Positions 1 through 8,964 of a DNA stretch of 37,519 bases are shown one piece after another (the stretch's first letter is position 1; each line of letters begins with the position of its first letter). Location of the stretch: the NCBI GenBank assembly GCA_027083115.1, contig JALWQN010000144.1, forward strand, positions 1 to 37,519. The letters run 5' to 3'. The translations under genes and the position numbers were made by a program. This DNA comes from Desulfurococcales archaeon (GTDB taxonomy: Archaea; Thermoproteota; Thermoprotei_A; Sulfolobales; NBVN01). The notes beneath the pieces were generated by a model. That model made no database searches. It was not told where the DNA came from and saw only the letters and a program-made list of their open reading frames with translations.

Positions 1-1331
1 CGTGCATCATAGGCGGGGAGCTCCATACCTTTAACATGTATGGCGAACTTCTCTGTGCCCTTCCCAACTAATTCACTAGCTCTTCTCGATCCGTCGGCTA
101 GTAACTCACCTAACCTACCTTTTCGCTCGCCCATCCTTCTCATTGCCTCAACGGCTGCGTCCCCATTACCGAAGGTTAACTCAAGCCCGTCGGTATCCTC
201 CTTATTCAGAATTCCTCTCTCGTACGCCTCCATAGCCCAAGCTATGGTTACGCCCGCAGAGATCGTGTCAAGTCCGTAATCATCAGCTAACTTATTTAAG
301 TAGGCAACGGTCTCTATGTCTTCTATCTCTAGAACCCCTCCTAAAGAGTATAGGGTCTCGTATTCGGGGCCATCGATTTCGAATGTACCCCACTTGCTGC
401 TCTCTACCCTAATGTATTGGGAGCATGGTTTATTGCATGCTGGGCAAGGCTTTCTCCCCACCCTATATTTAGGTACCCAGCTGTATGGGTCAACACCTAT
501 TCTCTCCCTACCCTCTTTCTTAGCTCTCTCGTAAGCCTTCTTGAAGTAACCCATCTGCCAGTTCCTTGTTGGGAAGGTTCCTCTATCTCTATTCATCCAA
601 TCAAGAAATTCTCCGCTACCGTAATCCATGTCTGCCTTAGTTGCTGGGTGATCTTTAAAGATCCTTGCCCAATAACCTATTAACTCCCTTAATTTATCCG
701 GGTTAGCTACAGGCACTTTCTTGCTTCCCTTAATTAGGATGCCCTTAACTTTCTTGCTTCCTAAGACGGCTCCGGGACCTCCTCGAGCCGCCTGCCTACC
801 GTCCGCATCAATTATTGAGATCTTGCTTAGCTTCTCTCCAGCTGGCCCTATGAGGGCAGTAGCGTATCCGGGGTACTCCTTACGTGCCTTAGACCTGGCT
901 TCACTGATTGTTAGGCCCCAGTATTCGCTTGCAGAAGCTATTTCAGCACCATCATCGCTAATGACTATGAGGGATGGCTTCTCACTAGTGCCCTCAATTA
1001 TTAAGGAATCGTATCCGGCCCTCCTTAACTGAACGCCGAGTTCAGCACCAGCTATAGACCTACCGTAACCCCCGGTTAAGGGGCTTTTGAAGTTGAATGC
1101 GGTCTTTGATGCCGTAGGTATTCCTGTATCAACAAGCACACCAGGAGATATTATCATCTTGTTTTCAGGGCCTAAAGGATCAGTTCTTGCTGGCACCTCC
1201 TTATATAGTAATCTTGTTCCGAAACCAGCTCCACCCAAGTACTTCCTGATGAAATCTTCTGACAGGGTTTCAGTCCTAACTGAGTTATTGCTTAAATCAA
1301 TTCTTAGAATCCTCCCCCATAAACCCTTCAT
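1..1331 (-). CDS. aor: Aldehyde:ferredoxin oxidoreductase (tungsten AOR family), C-terminally truncated by the window edge
   Basis: It is absent from the ORF track because it runs off the window. My minus-strand translation from the ATG at 1331 reads MKGLWGRILRIDLSNNSVRTETLSEDFIRKYLGGAGFGTRLLYKEVPARTDPLGPENKMIISPGVLVDTGIPTASKTAFNFKSPLTGGYGRSIAGAELGVQLRR. Spot checks in the same frame give FKDHPATKADMDYGSGEFLD (about 600-660), ETLYSLGGVLEIEDIETVAY (about 300-360) and GTEKFAIHVKGMELPAYDAR at the edge. These are typical AOR-family motifs. The + strand ORFs at 40-1377 are S/L/P-rich antisense artefacts. Confidence 0.88.
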   Translation of the reverse strand, partial: MKGLWGRILRIDLSNNSVRTETLSEDFIRKYLGGAGFGTRLLYKEVPARTDPLGPENKMIISPGVLVDTGIPTASKTAFNFKSPLTGGYGRSIAGAELGVQLRRAGYDSLIIEGTSEKPSLIVISDDGAEIASASEYWGLTISEARSKARKEYPGYATALIGPAGEKLSKISIIDADGRQAARGGPGAVLGSKKVKGILIKGSKKVPVANPDKLRELIGYWARIFKDHPATKADMDYGSGEFLDWMNRDRGTFPTRNWQMGYFKKAYERAKKEGRERIGVDPYSWVPKYRVGRKPCPACNKPCSQYIRVESSKWGTFEIDGPEYETLYSLGGVLEIEDIETVAYLNKLADDYGLDTISAGVTIAWAMEAYERGILNKEDTDGLELTFGNGDAAVEAMRRMGERKGRLGELLADGSRRASELVGKGTEKFAIHVKGMELPAYDA

Positions 1332-1516
1332 TAGGTCATCACACCTTAATATTATGTATAAAGTTTTAATGCTTTGACTATGGCGTATAGGATTTTATTT
1401 ACATCAACCAATCAATTATTTAATGAATGAGGTTAAGCAACATAAATTATTGTGTTGCTCCCCTAATGCATTAAATAGGTTTTAAGCGTCCTAACATATT
1501 GTAGGCGGTAAATGTA

Positions 1517-2467
1517 ATGAATAGTGCCTTAGTCACTGGAGGGGCCGGATTCATCGGTAGCCATTTAGTTGATGAATTAATCTCTAGGGGATATAGGGTC
1601 AGGGTTATAGATAATTTAAGTAGTGGTGACTACGCCTTCCTATCAAGGCATGAAGGCAGGAAGGACTTCGAGTTTGTCAGGGCTGACTTAAAGAATAAGG
1701 AATCTGTTGAGCGAGTAGTTAAGGGTATAGACACCGTATTTCATTATGCAGCGAACCCAGAAGTCAGGTTAAGCGTTCAGGAGCCCGAGGTTCACTTCAA
1801 AGAGAACTTGCTTGCGACCTTCAATCTACTGGAAGCTATTAGGAAGGCTGGAAGCATTGAGAAAGTGGTTTTCGCTAGCTCAAGCACTGTTTATGGTGAC
1901 GCGAAAATATTACCTACTCCAGAAACCCATGTGATTAAGCCCATAAGCGTTTATGGGGCTTCTAAGGCCGGCTGTGAAGCGCTAATATGTTCTTACGCTT
2001 ACCTCTACGGCTTTAAGGCGGTTGCCCTCCGTTACGCAAACATTGTTGGTCCTAGATTAAGGCATGGCGTAATTTATGACTTCATAAAGAAGCTCCGTAA
2101 GAACCCCAGTAAACTCGAGATATTGGGTGACGGGACCCAACGCAAGAGCTACTTATTCGTTACTGACGCTGTTGAAGCCACGCTCTTCCTTACTGAGAGA
2201 CTCGGTGATTTCTTTGATGCTTTCAATGTAGGTAATGATGACTGGATAACTGTGAAAGAGATAGGTGAGATAGTCTCTAAGGTGTTAGGCCTTAAGCCAG
2301 AGTTTGTCTTCACTGGAGGAACTGAGGACGGTCGTGGGTGGTTAGGTGATGTCAAGTTCATGAGGTTAAGTATTGATAAAGTTAAGTCGCTTGGTTGGAG
2401 CCCTAAGTACAGCAGTAAGGAAGCTGTTGAATTAACTGCTAAGGCGCTGGCTTTAGAACTTAGGTGA
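1517..2467 (+). CDS. galE: NAD-dependent epimerase/dehydratase (UDP-glucose 4-epimerase-like, short-chain dehydrogenase/reductase (SDR) family)
   Basis: The protein is 316 aa. It has an N-terminal Rossmann motif (GGAGFIGSHL) and the catalytic YGASK (YxxxK). It lies convergent with and next to galK-galT. The exact sugar specificity is inferred from this context. Confidence 0.8.
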   Translation: MNSALVTGGAGFIGSHLVDELISRGYRVRVIDNLSSGDYAFLSRHEGRKDFEFVRADLKNKESVERVVKGIDTVFHYAANPEVRLSVQEPEVHFKENLLATFNLLEAIRKAGSIEKVVFASSSTVYGDAKILPTPETHVIKPISVYGASKAGCEALICSYAYLYGFKAVALRYANIVGPRLRHGVIYDFIKKLRKNPSKLEILGDGTQRKSYLFVTDAVEATLFLTERLGDFFDAFNVGNDDWITVKEIGEIVSKVLGLKPEFVFTGGTEDGRGWLGDVKFMRLSIDKVKSLGWSPKYSSKEAVELTAKALALELR

Positions 2468-3758
2468 GCTTCTCCTCCCTCAAGCCATCATCTATTAAGA
2501 CCTTCATGGAGTTTCTTGCCCCAGCAGAAATTGCTTCCTGACATACCCTATCAGCCACTGATGTTGAGGGCGCTAAAGAAATCAGTGTTCCTCCCAGACC
2601 CGCACCAGAAAGCTTACATCCGTAAGCTCCAGCACTGATTGAGGCCTGGCAAATCACTTCTAGCTCCGGCATTGAGAGGTCATAAAGGTCGCGAAGCAAA
2701 TGATGTTGGTAATTCATTATTAACCCTATTAGGGCTAATTTATTGTCTGCAGCTCCTAAGGCTTTATTAATAGATTCCCTCCACTCTTCACCCAAGAAAC
2801 TCAGTAACTCGGTGTAAGCGGGTTCATATCCCTTAATTATTTTGAGGGCTAGCTTGGTCGAGATGTTATTCAGGATTGTGAAGAGTATTCTTCTCCTGTA
2901 AATTTCCTGAATTCTGTTGAGGTAAGGAGTTATCTCTTCCAGACCTATTTCCTCCCACTTTACTTCATCAATACGTTCAGATAACTTTGTTTTAAGGGAT
3001 TCAGGCAAGTCATTCATTGCTAGGAGGCTCCTTAAGCCTGAAGAAAGCTCCTTCTGCCTTACTGGATGTATGTCTGCAGTGCTGTGCTTTATTCCCGAAT
3101 CTATGGCTAGGAAAACCCCATTAATCCAAGGAAGTTCCTCAACCCTGTAGGGAGGCTTTGTCTCTATCTTTATGATTCCACCGAAGGCAGAACCGTATTG
3201 GTCAAGCCTACCGCAAGGTATCCCCATTATGTCATGTTCAGCCCTATACGCTAGCTCAGCAACGTCTTTCTTACTTAATCCTGCATTAAGTAATGCGTTT
3301 AGGCCTCCAATAAAGGAAACTGTTAATGCTGCGCTGCTTGCTAAGCCGCCGGCTATGGGTACTTCACTACATATTAGTGCTTCGAAAGCAGGAACTTCAA
3401 AGCCAGCATTCTTGAGGGCAATGATGGAGGCCCTTAAGTAATTACCGAACCATCTCCCCTTAAGTAAGGAAGGCTCCTTCAGCCTAAATTCATCACGGTA
3501 TTCTTCTCCAAGGAGCTTAAGGTTTAATGACTGGATGACGGCCTTATCCCCTAAGGATTTTCTGAAGGCCGCGTAAGTCCTTAGGTTAATCCCTACCGAA
3601 ACTACTGGAAGTCCCTTATAGTCCTGGTGAGTGTTCAGGAAATCAAGCCTTCCAGGAGAACTCACAATTAATTCAGGCTCTGACCCGTATAGATTGATGA
3701 ACTCATTAATTAGATCATCAACCACCTTAGCTTTCCCCTCACTTCCCAATGCACCCAC
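2460..3758 (-). CDS. galK: Galactokinase (GHMP kinase family)
   Basis: The protein is 432 aa. GRLDFLNTHQDY resembles the galactokinase signature GR(V)NLIGEHTDY. The GHMP ATP-binding motif is PIAGGLASSAAL. Its start overlaps the galT stop by 20 nt. Confidence 0.85.
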   Translation of the reverse strand: MGALGSEGKAKVVDDLINEFINLYGSEPELIVSSPGRLDFLNTHQDYKGLPVVSVGINLRTYAAFRKSLGDKAVIQSLNLKLLGEEYRDEFRLKEPSLLKGRWFGNYLRASIIALKNAGFEVPAFEALICSEVPIAGGLASSAALTVSFIGGLNALLNAGLSKKDVAELAYRAEHDIMGIPCGRLDQYGSAFGGIIKIETKPPYRVEELPWINGVFLAIDSGIKHSTADIHPVRQKELSSGLRSLLAMNDLPESLKTKLSERIDEVKWEEIGLEEITPYLNRIQEIYRRRILFTILNNISTKLALKIIKGYEPAYTELLSFLGEEWRESINKALGAADNKLALIGLIMNYQHHLLRDLYDLSMPELEVICQASISAGAYGCKLSGAGLGGTLISLAPSTSVADRVCQEAISAGARNSMKVLIDDGLREEKLT

Positions 3759-4761
3759 CTAATGCGTTAATTCTTGAGACTCCTTTACTGCAGGCATTCC
3801 TTAATTCATCCCTCTTAGTTTCAGGGTTCCCATCGTAAGTGAAGACCCAGAAACCCGTTTCTGCACCAGCTCTATACTTCAGTTTATCGGGTTCCCTGTA
3901 GGGCTGATAGAACTCTATATGGAAGTGGTAGTAGCTGTATTCTCCTCCATCACTGGGTTTGTTATGCATAACCATAATGTAAGGCATTTCCCTATTAAAT
4001 AGGTTCTCGTATGTTACTGTCGCGACCCTTAACGCGTCAGCTAAGTCAGTGACTTCATCCCTATTGAGGAAGTCAATGCTTGTTATGTGCCTTCTCGGAT
4101 AAACATGCAGTTCGTAGGGCCACATAGCATAGTAGGGATGGATAATGATGAATGAGTTATTAACGTAAATTATTCTTTTATTTAAGCTTAATTCCTTATC
4201 CATGATGTCGCAAAGGAGGCATTTGCCGGCCTTCTCATAATATTCTCTGAAGTTCCTTAGTTCGACCTGAATTCTTGGAGGAATGAAGGGAAGGGCATAT
4301 ATTTGGCTGTGTGGATGAGTTAATGATACACCTATTTCCTTACCCTTATTTCTGAATATGGCTACGTACTTCACGAAATCTATTGATGAGAGCCTGACGT
4401 ACTCTTTAATGAAGGTTCTCACAACCTTAGCCAGGTGCTCTAACTCAATATTATGGAGGTCTCCCTGATGCTTAGGTGTCTCAACAACGACCTCACAATA
4501 ACCTCTTGCAGCCATATTTCTATATATGGGTGGTTCTGGAGGCTCGGGTTCCTCAGGATTAGGGATTAACGCAGGGTATTTGTTAGGTAATGTAAGAACA
4601 TCCCAATCGCCGTAAGGGGCTGTCTCAGGGGATCCGGGGCAGAAAGGACATCCTTCTCCAGCGGTGGAGGGCCTCCATGGCCGCTTAGCTCTTTGGCCCG
4701 CAACAATTATCCAGTGGCCTAAAAGAGGGTTCCAGCGGAGCTCATTTATCAAATCACCCAA
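3739..4761 (-). CDS. galT: Galactose-1-phosphate uridylyltransferase (class I GalT, HIT superfamily)
   Basis: The protein is 340 aa. It has the N-terminal ELRWNPLLGHW motif, the CPFCPG zinc motif and the HPHSQ (HxHxQ) active site. The start in the ORF track is a TTG. Confidence 0.88.
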   Translation of the reverse strand: MGDLINELRWNPLLGHWIIVAGQRAKRPWRPSTAGEGCPFCPGSPETAPYGDWDVLTLPNKYPALIPNPEEPEPPEPPIYRNMAARGYCEVVVETPKHQGDLHNIELEHLAKVVRTFIKEYVRLSSIDFVKYVAIFRNKGKEIGVSLTHPHSQIYALPFIPPRIQVELRNFREYYEKAGKCLLCDIMDKELSLNKRIIYVNNSFIIIHPYYAMWPYELHVYPRRHITSIDFLNRDEVTDLADALRVATVTYENLFNREMPYIMVMHNKPSDGGEYSYYHFHIEFYQPYREPDKLKYRAGAETGFWVFTYDGNPETKRDELRNACSKGVSRINALGGCIGK

Positions 4762-4935
4762 ACACCAACACCCTCTATAAACCTTCTTTTAAAGTTTTAA
4801 GCAGTGTTAGGAATTCTTATTCATTTGCCTTAAAACCATAGTAAATATTTATTTCAAAAACCACGGTGGAGATACCACTAACTAAGCTTAGCCATTGATT
4901 CCATGTTTATTTGTTGCAGGATTTTAATTAGGATA

Positions 4936-5628
4936 TTAAGGCTTAGTCGGCCACCATACGTGGCCGTGACAATGTCCTACGGTATTTCCCCACGCCTTAT
5001 ATACTGTTGCTTGCTTAGGTAGTAAAACATTTATTTCAGTGCTTACGTTGTTTAGGGTGCCTACCCAGTATAGGCCATGATTGGTCTCATTAAAGTGGTT
5101 CTCAATAAAATCAAGCCCTAAGGGAGTGAGTAACCAAAGGAAATCAGCGTATTTTTCGTTACCACTTAACCATACTTTACCAGATACCGCAAACACTATT
5201 TTTATCGTGTTGTTGGGGTAGACGCTTATGCTTAGGTTAGTTATATTAATGCCGCTATAAGTTCTCATGATTTCATTAGTTATTTTTTCTTTAAGTGCCT
5301 TGATTGTTTGTGTGGTTAGGGAAGGTTTGGAATAATACCTCCATTCCGTGTACGTTATTATTGAATCCTTTATTGATGTAGTGATTACTCTCTTCATAAG
5401 AGAGAAAGACACTGCAGTTACTACGGTAGTTGTTGTGTTAGGTGAGGGAGTCATTAATGTTGTTGTCGTTGGGGACAATGTTGTTGCGGATGCTGTAGAG
5501 GGTTTCGGGAGTATAGTGCTTGTTTTGCTTTCAGATTCTTTAGGGGTATGGAAGTAAGTTAGGGTACCTCCAGCGACTGCTAACACAATTAAGATAATCA
5601 ATAACGTAATTAGTAGGGACTGCTTCAC
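4936..5628 (-). CDS. Membrane-anchored extracellular protein with a Thr/Ser/Pro-rich stalk (hypothetical)
   Basis: The protein is 230 aa. It has an N-terminal TM helix (LLITLLIILIVLAVAGG) and a T/S/P-rich stretch (KTSTILPKPSTASATTLSPTTTTLMTPSPNTTTTV, about 5407-5529). It has many N-x-S/T sequons (NIT, NLS, NNT, NET, NVS). The C-terminus is GHCHGHVWWP. I recognise no family. Confidence 0.6.
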   Translation of the reverse strand: MKQSLLITLLIILIVLAVAGGTLTYFHTPKESESKTSTILPKPSTASATTLSPTTTTLMTPSPNTTTTVVTAVSFSLMKRVITTSIKDSIITYTEWRYYSKPSLTTQTIKALKEKITNEIMRTYSGINITNLSISVYPNNTIKIVFAVSGKVWLSGNEKYADFLWLLTPLGLDFIENHFNETNHGLYWVGTLNNVSTEINVLLPKQATVYKAWGNTVGHCHGHVWWPTKP

Positions 5629-5724
5629 TAATTGCTTCCCTCAGGATACTTGGGTTACGGGAAGAATAAAGTTTCAGAAGGTAATCACTAGGTAATGAGT
5701 TGTTAGCTTGTTTGACTTATGACG

Positions 5725-6468
5725 TCATATATTGGTGTTCGCGAGTGCTGCAGTTATCGCTAACGAAGTTACAATGAGTATAGAGCCAACGATTTTCTTC
5801 AAGGTTAATTTCTCATGAAGTATTTTCACGGTCATTACTTGCGTTAGCATGGGTGAGAGGGAGGTTGCTAGGGAAGGAATCATTACTCCTAAATACTGTA
5901 GTGATTCAGTGAACATTATGAATCCAAGGAAGTACGAAATAACTCCAGAGGTAGCGATAACGACTATGGCTTTCCTAGTAACGCTTAACCTCCCAAATCC
6001 TTTAGATAAGGGAAGGAGTATTGCTGCCAGCATAAGTACTCTGATGCCAGCCACCTGAGTGGGCGTTAGTGGGTAGTTATTAACTAGGTCGGAAACAAGG
6101 AGTGTGCTTATTGCCCAACTGAATGCAGCCAAATAAGATAGGGCGATACCTCCTACATTTTTCCTGAAGCCCTCCTCACTCACCATTAAGTACATGCCAA
6201 GCAAGGCAAGCGGAGTCAACCATATTGCTATGGCTCCCCTTAAGTCATGAAGGAATATGACGTTAAGGACTTGAGCTATCAGTATATACTGGTAGGTTAG
6301 CACTGTGGCAGGCCCTGCACCTAATTTATCTATTGCGAGTATGAAGGTAACATCGCCTAAGCCAGGCCCAATAACGGCTGAAGCAAGGAGCAGGAGGAAG
6401 CTCTCTAAACTTAATTCGCCAGCACCCCATAAGGAAAGAACAGGCGCATAAATGAGGGAAGCAAACAA
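5725..6468 (-). CDS. DMT/EamA-family transporter (N-terminus uncertain; the frame stays open up to 6606)
   Basis: The protein is very hydrophobic, with multiple TM helices and a two-EamA-like organisation. The track start is a TTG. The frame is open for 46 further codons upstream (RGSNLDQVLGLSYAVGAAVAFSTASVFIKVSLRDVRNPLLINGLRAL), which look like EamA TM1 but contain no ATG, GTG or TTG. Confidence 0.72.
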   Translation of the reverse strand: MFASLIYAPVLSLWGAGELSLESFLLLLASAVIGPGLGDVTFILAIDKLGAGPATVLTYQYILIAQVLNVIFLHDLRGAIAIWLTPLALLGMYLMVSEEGFRKNVGGIALSYLAAFSWAISTLLVSDLVNNYPLTPTQVAGIRVLMLAAILLPLSKGFGRLSVTRKAIVVIATSGVISYFLGFIMFTESLQYLGVMIPSLATSLSPMLTQVMTVKILHEKLTLKKIVGSILIVTSLAITAALANTNI

Positions 6469-6706
6469 AGCCCTTAAACCGTTAATGAGTAGAGGGTTTC
6501 TTACATCCCTTAATGATACCTTAATAAATACTGAGGCGGTTGAGAAAGCAACTGCTGCACCAACAGCGTAACTCAGACCGAGAACCTGATCCAGATTTGA
6601 GCCCCTCTAGCTAAGGCTTTAAAGATGCTCTTAAATTATTGCAGCAGTCAGTAAGTGATCACCTAATTTAACCTGATTTTCTAAGGATATTATTTGAGGG
6701 GACTTA

Positions 6707-7414
6707 ATGGTTAACATAAAAGAGTGGATCTCAGGTGAGAATCCAACGGAGAAAATGTATCTTCTGGAACCCTATGTTAGGGTGCTTCGTTCTAAACTAA
6801 TGGATTATGTGCGTGAAAGAAGCACTAAGTACTATATTATTCTTGATAAGTCGGTGTTTCACCCTAAGGGTGGGGGCCAGCCAAGTGATGTTGGTTGGTT
6901 AGTTGCTGATAGCTTAAGGTTTGAGGTCAGGAAAGTTATTGATGTGAATGGTGTTTTAGTTCATTACGGAAGGGTTATGGAGGGAAACATTCCGGAAATA
7001 GGTTCTGAGGTTAAGTCCCTCTTGGATTGGGACCGCCGGTATAGGGTCATGAGGATACATACTGCTGGGCATATAATAGATTATGCTATTTCTGAAGTTT
7101 ATGGGCACGTACTTAATACTTTAGGGGCTTTCCACGGTCCTCCTAACCCTTACGTGATTTACGAGGATTATCCACCATCAGTGAAGGAACTGAATCGGGT
7201 GGAGGAAATAGCTAACAAAGTAGTTAAGGAATCCTTACCTGTTAAAGCATTTTTCGTTGGTAGTGATGAGCTCAGGAATGGAGTAGTGGGGGCACCTAAC
7301 CTCAGTAGGTTACCTCAGGCCCGAGAATACAGGATCGTAAGCATTGAAGGAGTTAATGCGGTGCCTTGCACGGGCACACACGTAAGAAACACTGAGGAGG
7401 TAGGGAAGATCTAA
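6707..7414 (+). CDS. alaX: Alanyl-tRNA editing protein AlaX (AlaX-M type), apparently C-terminally truncated by a frameshift
   Basis: The zinc motifs HTAGHIID (HxxxH) and CTGTHV (CxxxH) of the tRNA_SAD editing domain are present. The N-terminal domain contains FHPKGGGQPSDVG. The more likely start is M17 (MYLLEPY, 6755). See the finding on the -1 frame continuation to 7473. Confidence 0.85.
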   Translation: MVNIKEWISGENPTEKMYLLEPYVRVLRSKLMDYVRERSTKYYIILDKSVFHPKGGGQPSDVGWLVADSLRFEVRKVIDVNGVLVHYGRVMEGNIPEIGSEVKSLLDWDRRYRVMRIHTAGHIIDYAISEVYGHVLNTLGAFHGPPNPYVIYEDYPPSVKELNRVEEIANKVVKESLPVKAFFVGSDELRNGVVGAPNLSRLPQAREYRIVSIEGVNAVPCTGTHVRNTEEVGKI

Positions 7415-7557
7415 TTAAAGGTGCTGATTCCTTAGGTAGCAATAGTTTCAGGCTTCATTATGACGTGAGTTAAAGCGTTTGCTTAGTAGGGAGTTATTAC
7501 TTAATGAAAGCGATTTAAGGAAAATTAAGTTGTGCGATAGGGCTATTAAGTAACTAA

Positions 7558-8718
7558 TTACAAAAGCCTAAGAAGTATTTCCTCAAGTTCCTCGGGCGTT
7601 AACTTTACTGGCGAGATATTGATCCAGTCACGATAGTATTTCTGCTTGAAGGTTAGGTCGACAATGCTTCTCACATCGTCCTTACCGAAACCGTATGTGC
7701 TTAGGGCCTCGTCATAACCTATTTTCTCCAGGAAATTAATATAGGCTTCACGAGCTCTCTCAGCATCCTCCCTCCTTGGTCTCAGACCAGGATCCAGGCC
7801 CTTCAGAGCTTCCGAAGCTCCTTCAGGTTCTGCAGAATACATTAGTGGGAGCATCTCCCTATAAAGTATCGCTAGTCCTGCACCATGCGGTAATTTGGGG
7901 TTGTATCCGCTGAGGACATGCTCTACAGCATGCCCTATGTGGCACTCTGAATTATCCTCGACTATTCCGCCAAGCATCGACGCATAAAGTAGCCAGTACC
8001 TTACCTCAATATTATTAGGTTCGTTAAGTGCCTCAGGTAAATAATTAATTATTTTGCTTATGGCTTCACCAGCCAATAACGTGATGTATGGTCCAGTGAT
8101 TCTTGCTGTTGCACCCTCATAATTGTGGGCGAAGGCATCAAGGGCAGTGAATATCGTTTGTTCATTCGGTAATGTAACCAAGTATTTGGCGTTATCTAAG
8201 GCTGTTGTTGGGTAACCAGCACTAACACCATACTTAATTGTGGTGGAAGGATCTGTGGCTACAGCAAAACGATCTATTTCTGTTCCTGTACCATGGGTTA
8301 AGTTAACTGCATGTAAAGGTATTTTATGTAGTTGTGTGCAAACTCGCTCGCCAGTTAGGTATTCCTTGACCTCACCACCACAAGCCAAAACCAACCTAGC
8401 TATCTTGGTGGTATCTATTACGCTACCGCCGCCAATAGCCAGTAACCCGTCGTGGTTGTCATAGGCCTCGACAATTTTTTCAACATCACTTATTTCTGGG
8501 TTGGGCTTAATGCCCGAAACCACATCTAACTCAACGTCCCGTTCCTTAAGTAGCTTTTCTATGTCTGGTAATGCACCGCTAATGAGGGCCGATTTCCGGC
8601 CAGTAACCACCAATATTTTCTTTCCGCTAATGCTCTTAGAGAACTCCTCAGTATTGCCTAACCCGAAGAACAGGTTAGTACCTCCATGGTATACCTTAAA
8701 GGATCTTAGTGTGTGCAT
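7558..8718 (-). CDS. Iron-containing (group III) alcohol dehydrogenase
   Basis: The protein is 386 aa. It has the GGGSVIDTTK NAD(P)-binding motif. Metal-ligand histidines lie in DAFAHNYEG and HIGHAVEHVL. Confidence 0.85.
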   Translation of the reverse strand: MHTLRSFKVYHGGTNLFFGLGNTEEFSKSISGKKILVVTGRKSALISGALPDIEKLLKERDVELDVVSGIKPNPEISDVEKIVEAYDNHDGLLAIGGGSVIDTTKIARLVLACGGEVKEYLTGERVCTQLHKIPLHAVNLTHGTGTEIDRFAVATDPSTTIKYGVSAGYPTTALDNAKYLVTLPNEQTIFTALDAFAHNYEGATARITGPYITLLAGEAISKIINYLPEALNEPNNIEVRYWLLYASMLGGIVEDNSECHIGHAVEHVLSGYNPKLPHGAGLAILYREMLPLMYSAEPEGASEALKGLDPGLRPRREDAERAREAYINFLEKIGYDEALSTYGFGKDDVRSIVDLTFKQKYYRDWINISPVKLTPEELEEILLRLL

Positions 8719-8776
8719 GATAGTAATTCACCCTATACTTCTTTATGGATTTGCTAAATAAGTTCGTGCCTTATTT

Positions 8777-8855
8777 TGGTGCGGCGGCCGGGATTTGAAC
8801 CCGGGATCGCCGGCTTGGGGGGCCGGCGTCCTAGACCAGGCTAGACGACCGCCGC
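8777..8855 (-). tRNA. tRNA-Gly (anticodon CCC), intronless, CCA encoded
   Basis: I folded the cloverleaf by hand. The acceptor is GCGGCGG/CCGCCGC and the D stem is GTCT/GGAC. The anticodon stem is CCGGC/GCCGG with loop CCCCCAA. The variable loop is CGATC and the T arm is CCGGG-TTCAAAT-CCCGG. The discriminator is A, followed by CCA. Position 33 is C rather than U. Confidence 0.88.
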
Positions 8856-8964
8856 TCTCCTTAGAATTATTTCTTAGGGTTTTTAATTTTCTTCTCGAGC
8901 GTTAGGGCAGACATAGAGTAGGAATAATTATTAACTCCTTTTATGTTACGGTTTTGGATGGTTT

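Noticed and set aside
40-1377. Five + strand ORFs (40-279, 316-534, 417-683, 721-1032, 1087-1377)
   Set aside because: They are S/L/P-rich, motif-free translations antisense to a clean AOR reading frame on the minus strand. The real gene was missed by the track only because it runs off the window.
1436-1459. 7-bp inverted repeat AGCAACA-N10-TGTTGCT in the aor/galE divergent intergenic region
   Set aside because: It is short and A/T-rich. It could be a regulator site, but it is indistinguishable from chance without comparative data.
6653-6685. C-box-like GUGAUCA, 11 nt, then CUGA upstream of alaX
   Set aside because: The C box is mismatched, the spacing is wrong, and no second half (C'/D) is present.
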